This document shows positions 17,951-27,718 of a stretch of DNA of 64,000 nucleotides, in pieces. This stretch comes from Candidatus Latescibacterota bacterium. Lineage in GTDB: Bacteria > Latescibacterota > UBA2968 > UBA8231. Location: NCBI GenBank assembly GCA_965242865.1, contig CBDETK010000013.1:5280001-5344000 (forward strand). The letters are read 5' to 3'. The position numbers were made by a program, and so were the translations under genes. Within the stretch, counting starts at the first letter, position 1; every line of letters begins with the position of its first letter. The notes under the pieces are model-generated. The model was not told the origin of the DNA, did not search any database, and saw only the letters and a program-made list of their open reading frames with translations.

Positions 17951-20900
17951 TCACGCCGCATTTTCGTAATACGGCGACGGCACTGTTGGGTAGGCGCGGA
18001 ACACGTGCCGGAATAGGTCGTCCGTCTTGGTTTTGACTTCGGCTTCCGAGTAATCACCTGTGGGTAAGCCGGTTTCGTCGCTCCACAGGAAATCATAGAT
18101 CGCAACATGGACAGCATCCCGGGTCGCTTGCTTGTCGCGCCACTGGCTCACGCGCAGCTTCTCGGCCTTCAGCGTTTTCAGCAATTTGACGGCGACTTGC
18201 TTGATCCGCTCGCGCTTCGGTGCGCTCAGGTTCGATTTCTGCAACAGATCGAAAATCGCCAGCGACTCCTCGTCCAAGCCCTCGCGGGCCGCCCGACTCT
18301 CCTCCTGATCCAGCTCCTGAACCAAATCGAGTAACTCCTCAAAGGTCTGTTCGATGGTCGGGCGATCTTTCTCGCGGTTGTAGGCCGCGACGATTGCTTC
18401 GTAGCGCTGCTGGAAATCCGTGCGTAGTGGGTTCCGCTCCAGCATGCGCTGGAGTTTCTTTTGTATGGTGTCCTTGAGTTGCTGCACGTCGGTGCGCTGG
18501 CGGGCACTGTGCCTGAACTCCTGCTTGAGCCGCTCAAAGTCAATGCGGCTGATGTCGTAGAGGGACTGTCCGGCCACTGTGCCCGGCTGCACCTCAACCG
18601 CTTCACTCGCCACCTCGTGCAACGCACGGAGGATGTCGCTGATGTCGGCCCGGTCCCGGTCCCGTTGCAGGCTCTTGTAAATGATGTCAATGGCGTCTCG
18701 GTCCGTGCGGTGGTCGTTGACAACGGAGGCGTTGATGCACGCCCGGAACTTCCTGAACACCTCGCGGCACATCACCTCAAAACGCCGGCGGGTCTCGTCG
18801 TTCTCGTTGACGACCTCCTTGCAGGAGACGATGGCGGCGTTGCGCCCAAAGCCAGTTTGGCCGATGACGTCGTCGAGCGGCACACCGCCTCTAGCGAGAA
18901 AATCGCGCATCAGCGCAATCGCCTCGGCCAAGTCGGCAAGCAGGTCCTCTTCCGGCTTGGCAGGGTCCATTGCGTGGCCTTCACCGCCCGGTTCTGCGCC
19001 GGCAAAGGTCGCCAGTGCATGACGCAGATGCTTGAGGATGCCGCAGTAATCCACGATCAGCCCGTTGTTTTTGCCTTCGTTCACTCGGTTGGCGCGGGCA
19101 ATGGCCTGCATCAGCGTGTGTGCCTTGAGCGGCTTGTCGAGGTAGAGCGTGGAGAGGCAGGGCACGTCAAAGCCAGTCAGCCACATGGCGCAGACCATGG
19201 CGATGCGGAACGGATGCGCTGGCTCCTTGAAGGCATCGTCGAGATCCATGCGCTGCTTGTTGCGGAACGCTGGCTCGTCGCGCAGGGACGCGGGCAGTTC
19301 CATGCCCTCCTTGATGAGCCGACGGTGCGGTATAATATCCAAGCCCACCTCGTCGAACTTCTCCACCTCGCCCTGTTCCTCGCTCACCACAACGGCCATG
19401 CGCGTCTCGCGCATCCATGCGATCTGCTTTTCGGTCTGTTCGTCCTGTGTCCGCTCAAGCTCGGCTTCCAGTTCATTGGCGTACTCGTTCCAATAGAACT
19501 CAATCAGCCGGTGCATCCGCACACAGGTGATCTTGTCGATGCAGATCAGCATGGCCTTGCCGGTCTCCCAAGCGGTCGAATAATGCCGCACGAAATCCCG
19601 CGCAATCTGATCGAGCCGCTGTTTAGCAGTGATGACATGGTAGTCTTGTGCAAGTGCCTGCTCCAAGCGCTGCTGCACGTCAATATCGTCGATTTCAAGC
19701 TCCTCTAATTTCGCGGCGATGCGCTCGTTCAGGTCGCCGATGGCCACCTCTAGTTTGTCGCCGCGGGCGTCGTAGTAGAGCGGCACAGTGGCCTCGTCTT
19801 CTACGGCGCGTTGGAAGTCGTAGGTGGAGACGTACTCGCCAAAGACCCGCCGCGTGAGTTCGTCGTCCTTGAACAGCGGCGTCCCGGTGAAGCCGATATA
19901 GCTGGCGTTGGGCAGGGCGGTGTGCATGTTACTCGCGAGCGTACCGTACTGAGTGCGGTGCGCTTCGTCCGAGACGACGATGAGGTCGTCGCGGTCGGTG
20001 TACGCCGCGCTGGGATTCGCGTTGAACTTCTGAATCAGCGAAAAGACGTATGCCTTGTGCTCGGTCAAAAGCTGGCTCAGGTGGCGTCCATCGGACGCTC
20101 GGCAAGGATCGCGGTCGTGATTTACTACATCACAGCCGGCGAAGGTCTTGTAGATTTGGCTGTCGAGGTCGTCGCGGTCGGTTAGCACTAGAAAGGTAAA
20201 ATTGCCGCCTAACTTGCGACGCACCTTGCGGGTGAACATCACCATGGAGTAGCTCTTGCCCGCGCCCTGCGTGTGCCAGAAAACGCCGAGTTTGCCACTG
20301 CGCGTTTTGCGCTGGCGCACGGCTTCAACGGCGCGGTTCACCCCCAAGAACTGGTGGTTGCGAGCGAGGATTTTCCTCGTCGTACCGGACGACTCGTCGA
20401 AGAGGATGAAGTTCTCCACGAGATCCATGAAATCGCGCTTGTCGCAGACGCCCTTGAGCAGCGTCTCCATATCCACGACGCCCGGTTCCTCTTCCTCCAG
20501 CCGCTTCCACTCGTGGAAATGCTCCCACTGGCTGGTGATAGAGCCGATCTTCGCCTGCTCGCCGTTGCCGAACATCACTACTGAGTTGTGGTGAAAGAGA
20601 TAGGGGATGGTGGTTTTGTAATCCGAAAAGTTTTGATCGAAAGCGGCCTTGAGGTTGCGGTGGATGTTCTTGCACTCAATGAACAGCAGGGGCAGGCCGT
20701 TGACAAAGCCCACGATGTCGGCTCGCCGGCGGTAGAGGTCGCCGCGCACCCACAACTCGCGCACACAGAGAAAGCGGTTGTTCTCCGGCGTCTCAAAGTC
20801 AAAGACCTTTAGCCGCTGCCGCACCCGCTCGTCCTTGTCGTTGTGGAAGGTAACCGGGACGCCATCGCGCAGCAGGTCGTATTGCTTGCGGTTGGCGGCG

Positions 20901-21169
20901 ACGAAAGTCTGCGAAGCGGCGGTGGCGGTAATCTGCTGCACGGCGTCGTCATAAGCGGCGTCCGGCAGGCCCGGATTTAGCGAGCGCAGCGTAGCGTGTA
21001 GATGGCGAGTCAGCACTACCTCGCGGTCGGAAGTGCGGCCCAGCAGGCTGGTTGGGCCGAAGTCTTCACTGTTGTAGGCGTAGATGGCTTCCCAGCCGAG
21101 TCGGTGTTCTAAATAATCGGCCGTGGTCTGCTGGACGAGGATGTCTTCAGTGTAGGGCGCGGGGGTCAT
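17951..21169 (-). CDS. hsdR: Type I restriction enzyme R subunit
   Basis: ADIVGFVNGLPLLFIECK nuclease, WHTQGAGKS, DEAHR, GFTGTP, MWLTGFD, QAIARANR. Start at ATG 21169. Confidence 0.95.
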   Translation of the reverse strand: MTPAPYTEDILVQQTTADYLEHRLGWEAIYAYNSEDFGPTSLLGRTSDREVVLTRHLHATLRSLNPGLPDAAYDDAVQQITATAASQTFVAANRKQYDLLRDGVPVTFHNDKDERVRQRLKVFDFETPENNRFLCVRELWVRGDLYRRRADIVGFVNGLPLLFIECKNIHRNLKAAFDQNFSDYKTTIPYLFHHNSVVMFGNGEQAKIGSITSQWEHFHEWKRLEEEEPGVVDMETLLKGVCDKRDFMDLVENFILFDESSGTTRKILARNHQFLGVNRAVEAVRQRKTRSGKLGVFWHTQGAGKSYSMVMFTRKVRRKLGGNFTFLVLTDRDDLDSQIYKTFAGCDVVNHDRDPCRASDGRHLSQLLTEHKAYVFSLIQKFNANPSAAYTDRDDLIVVSDEAHRTQYGTLASNMHTALPNASYIGFTGTPLFKDDELTRRVFGEYVSTYDFQRAVEDEATVPLYYDARGDKLEVAIGDLNERIAAKLEELEIDDIDVQQRLEQALAQDYHVITAKQRLDQIARDFVRHYSTAWETGKAMLICIDKITCVRMHRLIEFYWNEYANELEAELERTQDEQTEKQIAWMRETRMAVVVSEEQGEVEKFDEVGLDIIPHRRLIKEGMELPASLRDEPAFRNKQRMDLDDAFKEPAHPFRIAMVCAMWLTGFDVPCLSTLYLDKPLKAHTLMQAIARANRVNEGKNNGLIVDYCGILKHLRHALATFAGAEPGGEGHAMDPAKPEEDLLADLAEAIALMRDFLARGGVPLDDVIGQTGFGRNAAIVSCKEVVNENDETRRRFEVMCREVFRKFRACINASVVNDHRTDRDAIDIIYKSLQRDRDRADISDILRALHEVASEAVEVQPGTVAGQSLYDISRIDFERLKQEFRHSARQRTDVQQLKDTIQKKLQRMLERNPLRTDFQQRYEAIVAAYNREKDRPTIEQTFEELLDLVQELDQEESRAAREGLDEESLAIFDLLQKSNLSAPKRERIKQVAVKLLKTLKAEKLRVSQWRDKQATRDAVHVAIYDFLWSDETGLPTGDYSEAEVKTKTDDLFRHVFRAYPTVPSPYYENAA

Positions 21170-22448
21170 TGGGGCTGCCAAACGAGTAGGGCTTGCGATC
21201 CTGCGGCGGCACGACCTCCGGTACTTGAATACGACACAGAGGTTTTGTTGTTGGTAGGCTCTTTGTGGGACGGCCAAGATGATAGGCGGAGATAATTTCT
21301 TCCTTTATTAACCCTTTATGACCAGAACGTACAGGAGGCAGCAATCTATCGTTGATGGGATCGCTGAATCGGTCAAAAAGTGTAAAGCCCTTCTCCTCCA
21401 AAATTGTGTGTAGAATATTCCAAGTACATATTCTGAAACCTCCGACAAGGTTGTCTCCACATACAACTACTAGGCAAGCATTCTGCTTCAATGACTCCTT
21501 CACTGCGTCGAATGCATTACTCATGTCGTAAAAATAGCGATGGACAACGGCACAAAGCCGAGGTGTGCTGGTTTTTAATCGCCTCAACTCCGGTATCAAT
21601 GCGAGATCTCTCTCGATAGATTCCTGAGAAACTCGTTCCAATAATTGACCTCGTTCCGTCCCTACGAAGCGTTCCCGAAGGTTGCTCACTTTGAAGGGCA
21701 AGATACCTTCCAACAGGTATAGCTCCAGCTTGAAGTTTCGGAAGTAGTCCTGTGCGTTTATGTAAGGTGGAGAGGTTATAGCATGGGAGTGTCTCTCTAG
21801 GCCATCAAACTGACGACGAGGATCGCAGACATCAGCACAAACAAAACGAAAACGAGTGTTCTCTTGCCGATCGACACCATAGAGTGCTGAAAGCTGTTCC
21901 AATAGTTCAAGGATAATTCGGTTTGGATCGAAATGCCGGCCAGTTCTTGAGCGCCGGGCTTCCTGCGATATGAAAGGTTTTGGGCTGCGCTGATCGGCTC
22001 TGGAGCATAGTCTAACAGCGAGGGTGTAACTGAGAAGGACAGCCCAGCCTTCGGGATTGTTTCTGAGAGGAATAATCTTACTCGCGGCTCTCAATCGCTC
22101 GAACTTGTTAAGAGTACCCCGCGTAAACCAGTAGTCCTTTCTACTCCAATCAACTGGTAGAGGCTCAATGGGTCCCTCTGCCTCCGAGATCCATGCCCTG
22201 CCAAGTCTTAGAGCACGAGTGGGATCGAATCCCTTGATCTTTACTCGACAAAACAATTCTGAGATCGGATTCAGATCAACGCCGGAAACGGGAAGTCCAG
22301 CTTGATTGGCAGCAACGAGGATGGCACCCGATCCGCAGAACGGATCAAAAATAGAATCAGCCTCAGAGGCGTACCGTTGAATCAAGCGTTTGGCTAGCTT
22401 GGACACCATTTTGGCAGGGTAGCGGTCCAGTTTTGTGGGCAATCTCAT
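21147..22448 (-). CDS. DNA amino-methyltransferase (N4-C/N6-A type), third gene of the TIR cassette
   Basis: YPAKM, DPFCGSG (motif I), GVDLNP, TSPPY (motif IV). Confidence 0.85.
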   Translation of the reverse strand: MRLPTKLDRYPAKMVSKLAKRLIQRYASEADSIFDPFCGSGAILVAANQAGLPVSGVDLNPISELFCRVKIKGFDPTRALRLGRAWISEAEGPIEPLPVDWSRKDYWFTRGTLNKFERLRAASKIIPLRNNPEGWAVLLSYTLAVRLCSRADQRSPKPFISQEARRSRTGRHFDPNRIILELLEQLSALYGVDRQENTRFRFVCADVCDPRRQFDGLERHSHAITSPPYINAQDYFRNFKLELYLLEGILPFKVSNLRERFVGTERGQLLERVSQESIERDLALIPELRRLKTSTPRLCAVVHRYFYDMSNAFDAVKESLKQNACLVVVCGDNLVGGFRICTWNILHTILEEKGFTLFDRFSDPINDRLLPPVRSGHKGLIKEEIISAYHLGRPTKSLPTTKPLCRIQVPEVVPPQDRKPYSFGSPNDPRALH

Positions 22449-23401
22449 TTGTCGTCAGCCGTCTTCAGGATCCAAGTCTTACCGAGTCCTCTAGAAAAGA
22501 AAGCATGATTGTGCCGTAGCGGGCCGGCATAGACGATTGCTGGTGGGTCGTCTGATTCCCTGATGTAGTTATAGACACCTAAAGTCTGTGGCTTGGTCCC
22601 GAGTGGACAGATAATCCTCGCAAAATCATCTCTCCTAGACTTTGACTTTCCGAGAACATCTATGAGAGTCTCAGTTGTAGCGTCTGGATCGAGCGCATCG
22701 ATTTTGCGAACTGCTTGTTCGTCAACCAAGGATAGAAGGTCACGGTTGAACTGCTCGGTTCTTCCCGTCCAGCTTGGTTGGTATGGAGGATCTGGCACCG
22801 CTAGGGTCGTCTTCATCGGCTGGATGTGTTCATAGACCGCCAACGCCCGATCACCTTCATACCCCAAGAACATCATCAGGTGAACGGGCCTACTGAGATC
22901 TGGGCACGCAGAAAAACCGGGGATTTGCTGGAGGGAAGCGAGTCCGAATGAGAGAGGAATGTATTGAGAAACTAGATAATCACCTGGCTCACTATACACG
23001 ATGTATAGTCGGCTCCAAAGATTATAGTCATCAAGCCATCTCAGCATCATAAGCAGATGCCGTTTTGTAAAAACGGATATATCAATTACGATAGCACTAT
23101 AGTCTGCACGATCTATAGTACGCCGAAGATGCTGCATGTTATCGCGAAGGCTACTGACCGCATCCGATTCGGTGAACTGGAGAACCGTCACCCGAGAAGC
23201 CATATTCTGAAACTCGGACTCCATGAGGCGATGGTTCCCTTCACGGATAGGGTTAGTGTCATCGTAGTGGAAGAAAACTACTTCGTCCAGCGACCAACTC
23301 TGGACATGGGACAGTAATCCCTTACATCGGTCTTCGTGACTGGAACATGTAACAAGAACTGCTCGATCTGGTAAGTCTCCTAATCTAAGTTGTCGTTTCA
23401 C
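22445..23401 (-). CDS. Uncharacterised alpha/beta protein, second gene of the TIR cassette
   Basis: 318-aa ORF with 4-bp overlaps to both neighbours. Motif-like blocks SHEDRC, DISVFTK, YSEP..Y, FLGYEGDR, PLGTKP. Confidence 0.75.
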   Translation of the reverse strand: MKRQLRLGDLPDRAVLVTCSSHEDRCKGLLSHVQSWSLDEVVFFHYDDTNPIREGNHRLMESEFQNMASRVTVLQFTESDAVSSLRDNMQHLRRTIDRADYSAIVIDISVFTKRHLLMMLRWLDDYNLWSRLYIVYSEPGDYLVSQYIPLSFGLASLQQIPGFSACPDLSRPVHLMMFLGYEGDRALAVYEHIQPMKTTLAVPDPPYQPSWTGRTEQFNRDLLSLVDEQAVRKIDALDPDATTETLIDVLGKSKSRRDDFARIICPLGTKPQTLGVYNYIRESDDPPAIVYAGPLRHNHAFFSRGLGKTWILKTADDK

Positions 23402-25683
23402 TCGCGGCCTCCCGGTGGAAAGGGTAGATTGCCTTGCACCTCTCTGGGTTTCGCTACTCCGGGTTTCTCTACAGTGTTCTTTAATTCTCGAATCGCTTGA
23501 GCCCTCTTACCAGGCTGAAGTAAACGCTGCAAGTGCCTGCATTTTACGTTAGTTCTCCAGCGGAGTCGTGGACTGATCTGGAGAACAGGCGCGTAAACTC
23601 GACAGATATTGAATTCCGTGGGTTGAGGATCGGACCCGTGTTTCGGCTTGAATGCAGGACGCCCCTCCTTAGTCTGAAACACTCCTTCTCTCTCCCCGAC
23701 TGCGAGGATGCGCTTCAGCATCTTCATTGTGTCTTCTTCCAACATCTCAGGGTCCTTTATCGTTAGACGCGCCGCTTCCGGTTCGCTTGTATGCTTGAGT
23801 AATTTATGCCTCAAACAATCACCGAGGTCTAGTAGGAAATACTTAAGCTCTTCGCCATGTCGCTCTACATTTTTGCTAAGTGTAGTAAGGTTGTGTTGAG
23901 AGACGATATGGACAGCCTGGGATTGTTGCTCTGGTGGGAGAATAAGAACGCCTTGAGGAGGAGGATCAGCTTTGAATGTAAGATGATAGCCCACACTCAA
24001 AAACTCTTGAAAATAGCGGATTACTCCAGATCCCAAAAGTGCAAGTTCTTTGAACCCTGCGAACCGTTTCTCAGCATGGCGTCCGGGCCTTCCAATAAGG
24101 ACCCGATAGGTCGCTGCTTCACCATAGTACGTTTTCTTTTCGCGTTGCTTTTCGTTTGGTAAATTCTCAAATTCCTCAAGAGTGATCTTATGGAGCTTTA
24201 CCACTTCTGCTAACCACAAGGACTCATCGACTTCGGAATCGCGGAAACGAGGAAGGAGTTTATCCACATCAACCGACTGAGAGCTTTCAAGCTTAGCCAT
24301 GTTTGATACGATATGGCTCAGTAGTTCATAATAGGCTTTTCGTTCAGCCGGGACTTCGACGTTGTAAACTAATGGCACTCTTGTATAGTCGTGAATCTCT
24401 TGTAGATCCTGACCTGTCGTGGTTCCCGGTATATCTTCACTAGCAAGTTTCTTGGCAATTTTGATTGAGATATGCGGAGGACCAAGTTTGAGCAGACTAT
24501 TGACTATTCGCCTCTGATAGGGGAAGAGATTCTCATACTCGTCAAGCAAAACAACGAACATCGACTTTTCGAGCGACGGAGTGTGGTGGCGTACTAAAGA
24601 TATGACACGTTTTAGTTGCTCCAGATCAAGAGTAGCTATCGGGACCGAGGCGGAGTCCCCATAAATGAACCTACGGCGAATGAAATCAGCTAGCTTTTTG
24701 TGCATATCTGAGAGTTTGATTTGCAGTTCGACGAACGAGATAGCCTTATGCCCATTGGAATCGAACAGCAGTTCGTCCGCCGCTTCGCAGAAGTTCCGTT
24801 CGACAAGTCGGTCATGATTGATCAAGGCGTGCTCAACGCAGTACACCAGTTCCGATAACAGACTCTCCGTTATCTGTAGATACAGTTCTTGTGCAGCCAC
24901 GTCTCTGAGGACGGCGGTGTGAATAGTTGAATCTAGGTGTTCGTCCTCAAGAGGGACTCCCGCATTGCAGATTGCCCCGCGGGTGAGCTTCAAGTAAAAA
25001 CCGAAGCGTTGAGGTGCGTCTTCTTCGCCGGGGCTCCGTTGTAGAAAATTACGAGCGCGTAAAGACAGCAAGAGCATTGACTTACCTGTACCTCTCGATC
25101 CTTCGAGAATGCACGGTTTCATGTCCTCAAGTGCTCCGACTTTTATCGCGTCTGGTAAAGCGAAGGTCTTTGCGTAGAGTTCGGGCTGATACTCGAAGAA
25201 TTCAGCTCTAAGATGGCGGAAGGGATTTTTTGAATTGGGAGTAAAAGCCTCGGCAACCAAAGACGAGGTTGTCTGTTCGCTGAATAGTACGTCGCAGATG
25301 CCTTCCACTAACTTCCTTAGGGATTCTTGGTCGCTTTGTATCAGCTTCCCATACACCTTAAGACCAAGTATAGGTGGTATCGGTGTATCGTCTAGACGGA
25401 CGACAATACATTTCCCACCAGATTGAGAAACTTGGTTCCAAACTGCGGCATCGATTTCAAGGTTCTGCCAATTCGCGCCAGCGGTGTGCTTGGAGAAGAG
25501 AATAATGACTACAGCGGCATCTGCGATTCCATCGTTCATAAAGGCAATGGCGTTGTCCCCAAGACTAAGGTCTTGGGTGTCGATCTTAGTCTCATGGCCG
25601 GCATTGCGCAGATGCTCTGCCAACTCTGTTGCAATTTCCTCATCTGGGGTGGCATGTGAAATGAAGATATGCTTGATACTCAT
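23398..25683 (-). CDS. TIR domain fused to a P-loop NTPase (STAND/ORC-CDC6-like)
   Basis: N-terminal IFISHA...LFS...WQNLE TIR with Glu at the catalytic position; NPF..LRAE, Walker A GSRGTGKS, Walker B VLLDEYEN; AAGGAG RBS. Confidence 0.85.
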   Translation of the reverse strand: MSIKHIFISHATPDEEIATELAEHLRNAGHETKIDTQDLSLGDNAIAFMNDGIADAAVVIILFSKHTAGANWQNLEIDAAVWNQVSQSGGKCIVVRLDDTPIPPILGLKVYGKLIQSDQESLRKLVEGICDVLFSEQTTSSLVAEAFTPNSKNPFRHLRAEFFEYQPELYAKTFALPDAIKVGALEDMKPCILEGSRGTGKSMLLLSLRARNFLQRSPGEEDAPQRFGFYLKLTRGAICNAGVPLEDEHLDSTIHTAVLRDVAAQELYLQITESLLSELVYCVEHALINHDRLVERNFCEAADELLFDSNGHKAISFVELQIKLSDMHKKLADFIRRRFIYGDSASVPIATLDLEQLKRVISLVRHHTPSLEKSMFVVLLDEYENLFPYQRRIVNSLLKLGPPHISIKIAKKLASEDIPGTTTGQDLQEIHDYTRVPLVYNVEVPAERKAYYELLSHIVSNMAKLESSQSVDVDKLLPRFRDSEVDESLWLAEVVKLHKITLEEFENLPNEKQREKKTYYGEAATYRVLIGRPGRHAEKRFAGFKELALLGSGVIRYFQEFLSVGYHLTFKADPPPQGVLILPPEQQSQAVHIVSQHNLTTLSKNVERHGEELKYFLLDLGDCLRHKLLKHTSEPEAARLTIKDPEMLEEDTMKMLKRILAVGEREGVFQTKEGRPAFKPKHGSDPQPTEFNICRVYAPVLQISPRLRWRTNVKCRHLQRLLQPGKRAQAIRELKNTVEKPGVAKPREVQGNLPFPPGGRE

Positions 25684-25779
25684 ACTCTGTCAGACTCCTT
25701 ACCTTTCGTAGTAAGCGGTTTCATAACTAGCGTCGGGCCGCCTCAAGGAGCGTCCAACACCTTCGCGTTGACGCATTTT

Positions 25780-26952
25780 TCATCGGACGCGACGCTTTTG
25801 ATTCAACGTTTTTTCTGCGCATAACGAACCGAATCCGGCTACCAAACGCGGCAGAAGCAGGTCGCGGGCTTGGGTGAGTTGTAATATTCCCTGCTTCAAA
25901 CAACGCACTTGCCGAATAATATCGCCAGCCAATCTCCGAAACTCGAAAACCAAAGACTCCGCTGGGACGATAATATCCATCTGACGAAATCTTCCCTTGC
26001 TTATTTCGGGATACGTCGTACCCTTCGCGTTGCTTCGGATCTCGGAGACCCGACTCATCAGGTTAAAAAGCAGGAACATCCTCATCGCCTCATCGTGAGG
26101 AATGATATTGATAAATCCTTGATTAGTACAGGATTCAACATCCATAAGCGCGAAAAACCCCACGGATGCCCGGCTCGTCATCAGGATAGTGTTCGCCGGA
26201 ACCAGTTGTGCAGACGATTCACGAAGTCCTTTCTCGGTAATCTTGCGTTCCGAGTCAAGTAGGACCAAGCAGTCGTTTCTGGTAACGTCTGTTGGAACGA
26301 CCCAAGTGATGTCGCCTTCCCAATACTCTGCCACTCTGGTGGATGGAGTGCCACCTCCAACAGTATCACATACGTCGGCTATTTTTTTCTTTTCCCACCC
26401 CTCCGGCACACCGTCCTCGACCTTGATGTGCTCATGGCCGGGGAAGCGAAGGTGAACAAACCATTCCTTATAGAGCAGCCGCGCCGCCTGCTCCAGTAAC
26501 TGAATCCGCCGCCGATTGTTCTCTATCAGGTCGTCGTAAGCGGAAAGGATGGAGGCAACGCGCTTTTGCTCGCATAGAACAGGCACTTCAAGCGAAAGCG
26601 TGTCTAATACATTGCGATTCAGCGTCGGAACAGACACGCCGCCGTTGAAGCGTTCAAGATGTAGAGTTTGGAGTTTATAGTAAACGAACTGTGGGTCATT
26701 GCCCTTGAAGTCTCTGACCCAGAGTACCGTATTGTGAGGCCAGTATGGTTGGTTGATGTACTGAACTCGTCCTAGAGTGCCGGACCTTCCTGTCACAACC
26801 CCCGGAGGTTCCACCTTGGCTTCACTGTGAAAACCGATCACACTGTGGGATCCGAGAACCGGAACATCGCCATCGTCCATCTGGGACTTAGGCAGGTCGA
26901 ACCCTCTCTGTAGAGTCACAAAGTCCTTAAATAGAAGACGCTTCCTGTTCAT
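25780..26952 (-). CDS. hsdS: Type I R-M specificity subunit
   Basis: Two TRDs with conserved EQKRVASILSAYDDLIENNRRRI, VPEGWE, GGGTPS and ARDLLLPRL. Start at ATG 26952. Confidence 0.93.
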   Translation of the reverse strand: MNRKRLLFKDFVTLQRGFDLPKSQMDDGDVPVLGSHSVIGFHSEAKVEPPGVVTGRSGTLGRVQYINQPYWPHNTVLWVRDFKGNDPQFVYYKLQTLHLERFNGGVSVPTLNRNVLDTLSLEVPVLCEQKRVASILSAYDDLIENNRRRIQLLEQAARLLYKEWFVHLRFPGHEHIKVEDGVPEGWEKKKIADVCDTVGGGTPSTRVAEYWEGDITWVVPTDVTRNDCLVLLDSERKITEKGLRESSAQLVPANTILMTSRASVGFFALMDVESCTNQGFINIIPHDEAMRMFLLFNLMSRVSEIRSNAKGTTYPEISKGRFRQMDIIVPAESLVFEFRRLAGDIIRQVRCLKQGILQLTQARDLLLPRLVAGFGSLCAEKTLNQKRRVR

Positions 26953-27001
26953 TCTCTGGCCTCGATCTGTTTGTACAAAACCCACCTGCAGCACTGTTTG
27001 C

Positions 27002-27193
27002 CTACTCCTCGTACATCTTAGGATCCGGTTCAATCTCAATGACCTCGCCTTTTTCCATAACCACTACCCCGGTCTTGTGCTGATGGGCAACCTTATGTGC
27101 GCGTCTGGCGGCCCGGTGTAGCGCGTTAAGGACATCCTGCGTTTCCTTATCGTCATATTGCGAGGCAGGGGTATCTCGGTTTTGTTCAGTCAC
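27002..27193 (-). CDS. Small protein, probable partner/antitoxin of the zeta-like kinase
   Basis: 63 aa, overlaps the upstream gene. ALHRAARRA...GVVVMEKGEVIEI pattern typical of partners of this ATPase family. Confidence 0.65.
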   Translation of the reverse strand: MTEQNRDTPASQYDDKETQDVLNALHRAARRAHKVAHQHKTGVVVMEKGEVIEIEPDPKMYEE

Positions 27194-27714
27194 AGGTTTT
27201 CTCCCTTATCAATCAATGTAGGAATACGGCCGCTATTATCAAACCGCTGCCAATAATCGACGATGGGGCGGTACGTATTCTGAAAATTCTGCAACCCGCT
27301 CGCAAAGCGGCGGCGAATAACATCCGGTGGAACGTAGTGGCCGCCTTGCCTCACGCGCAATTCAACCCGCTTGATCGCTTCTTCCGGCGTTGCCAGCGAC
27401 AGAAATATCAGCTTGACCGCATACCCGTCGCCGCGCCAGCGCGGGATCATCCGAGCATAGCCGAGACCAGACAAGGTCGTTTCAAAGGCAAAACTTCTTC
27501 GCTGCTGCACGTGATTTTTAATCTCTTCCAACATCAGCCGACCGGCGCGAAAAAGAGCGGCGTCCGGCTGAAAGGGGGACAAACCCGTTGCGATCAAGTC
27601 GGCGTTGACAAAGGCGGGACATTGCGCCTCGTGCGGCAAATGCTCCAGTGCAAAGGTCGTTTTCCCCGCACCATTGGGTCCGGCGATGATAATGATTTTC
27701 CGGTCCGCGTCCAT
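27190..27714 (-). CDS. Zeta-toxin-like / AAA_33 P-loop kinase
   Basis: IAGPNGAGKTTF, FVNADLIA, FAFETTLSG, RVRQGGH.VP. ATG 27714. Confidence 0.85.
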   Translation of the reverse strand: MDADRKIIIIAGPNGAGKTTFALEHLPHEAQCPAFVNADLIATGLSPFQPDAALFRAGRLMLEEIKNHVQQRRSFAFETTLSGLGYARMIPRWRGDGYAVKLIFLSLATPEEAIKRVELRVRQGGHYVPPDVIRRRFASGLQNFQNTYRPIVDYWQRFDNSGRIPTLIDKGENL

Positions 27715-27718
27715 CGCC

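Noticed and set aside
25715-25835. Integron attC-like sites (GTTATG motifs) upstream of the TIR gene
   Set aside because: I could not find a convincing paired R''/R' and L-box structure, a matching site at the other end, or an integrase.
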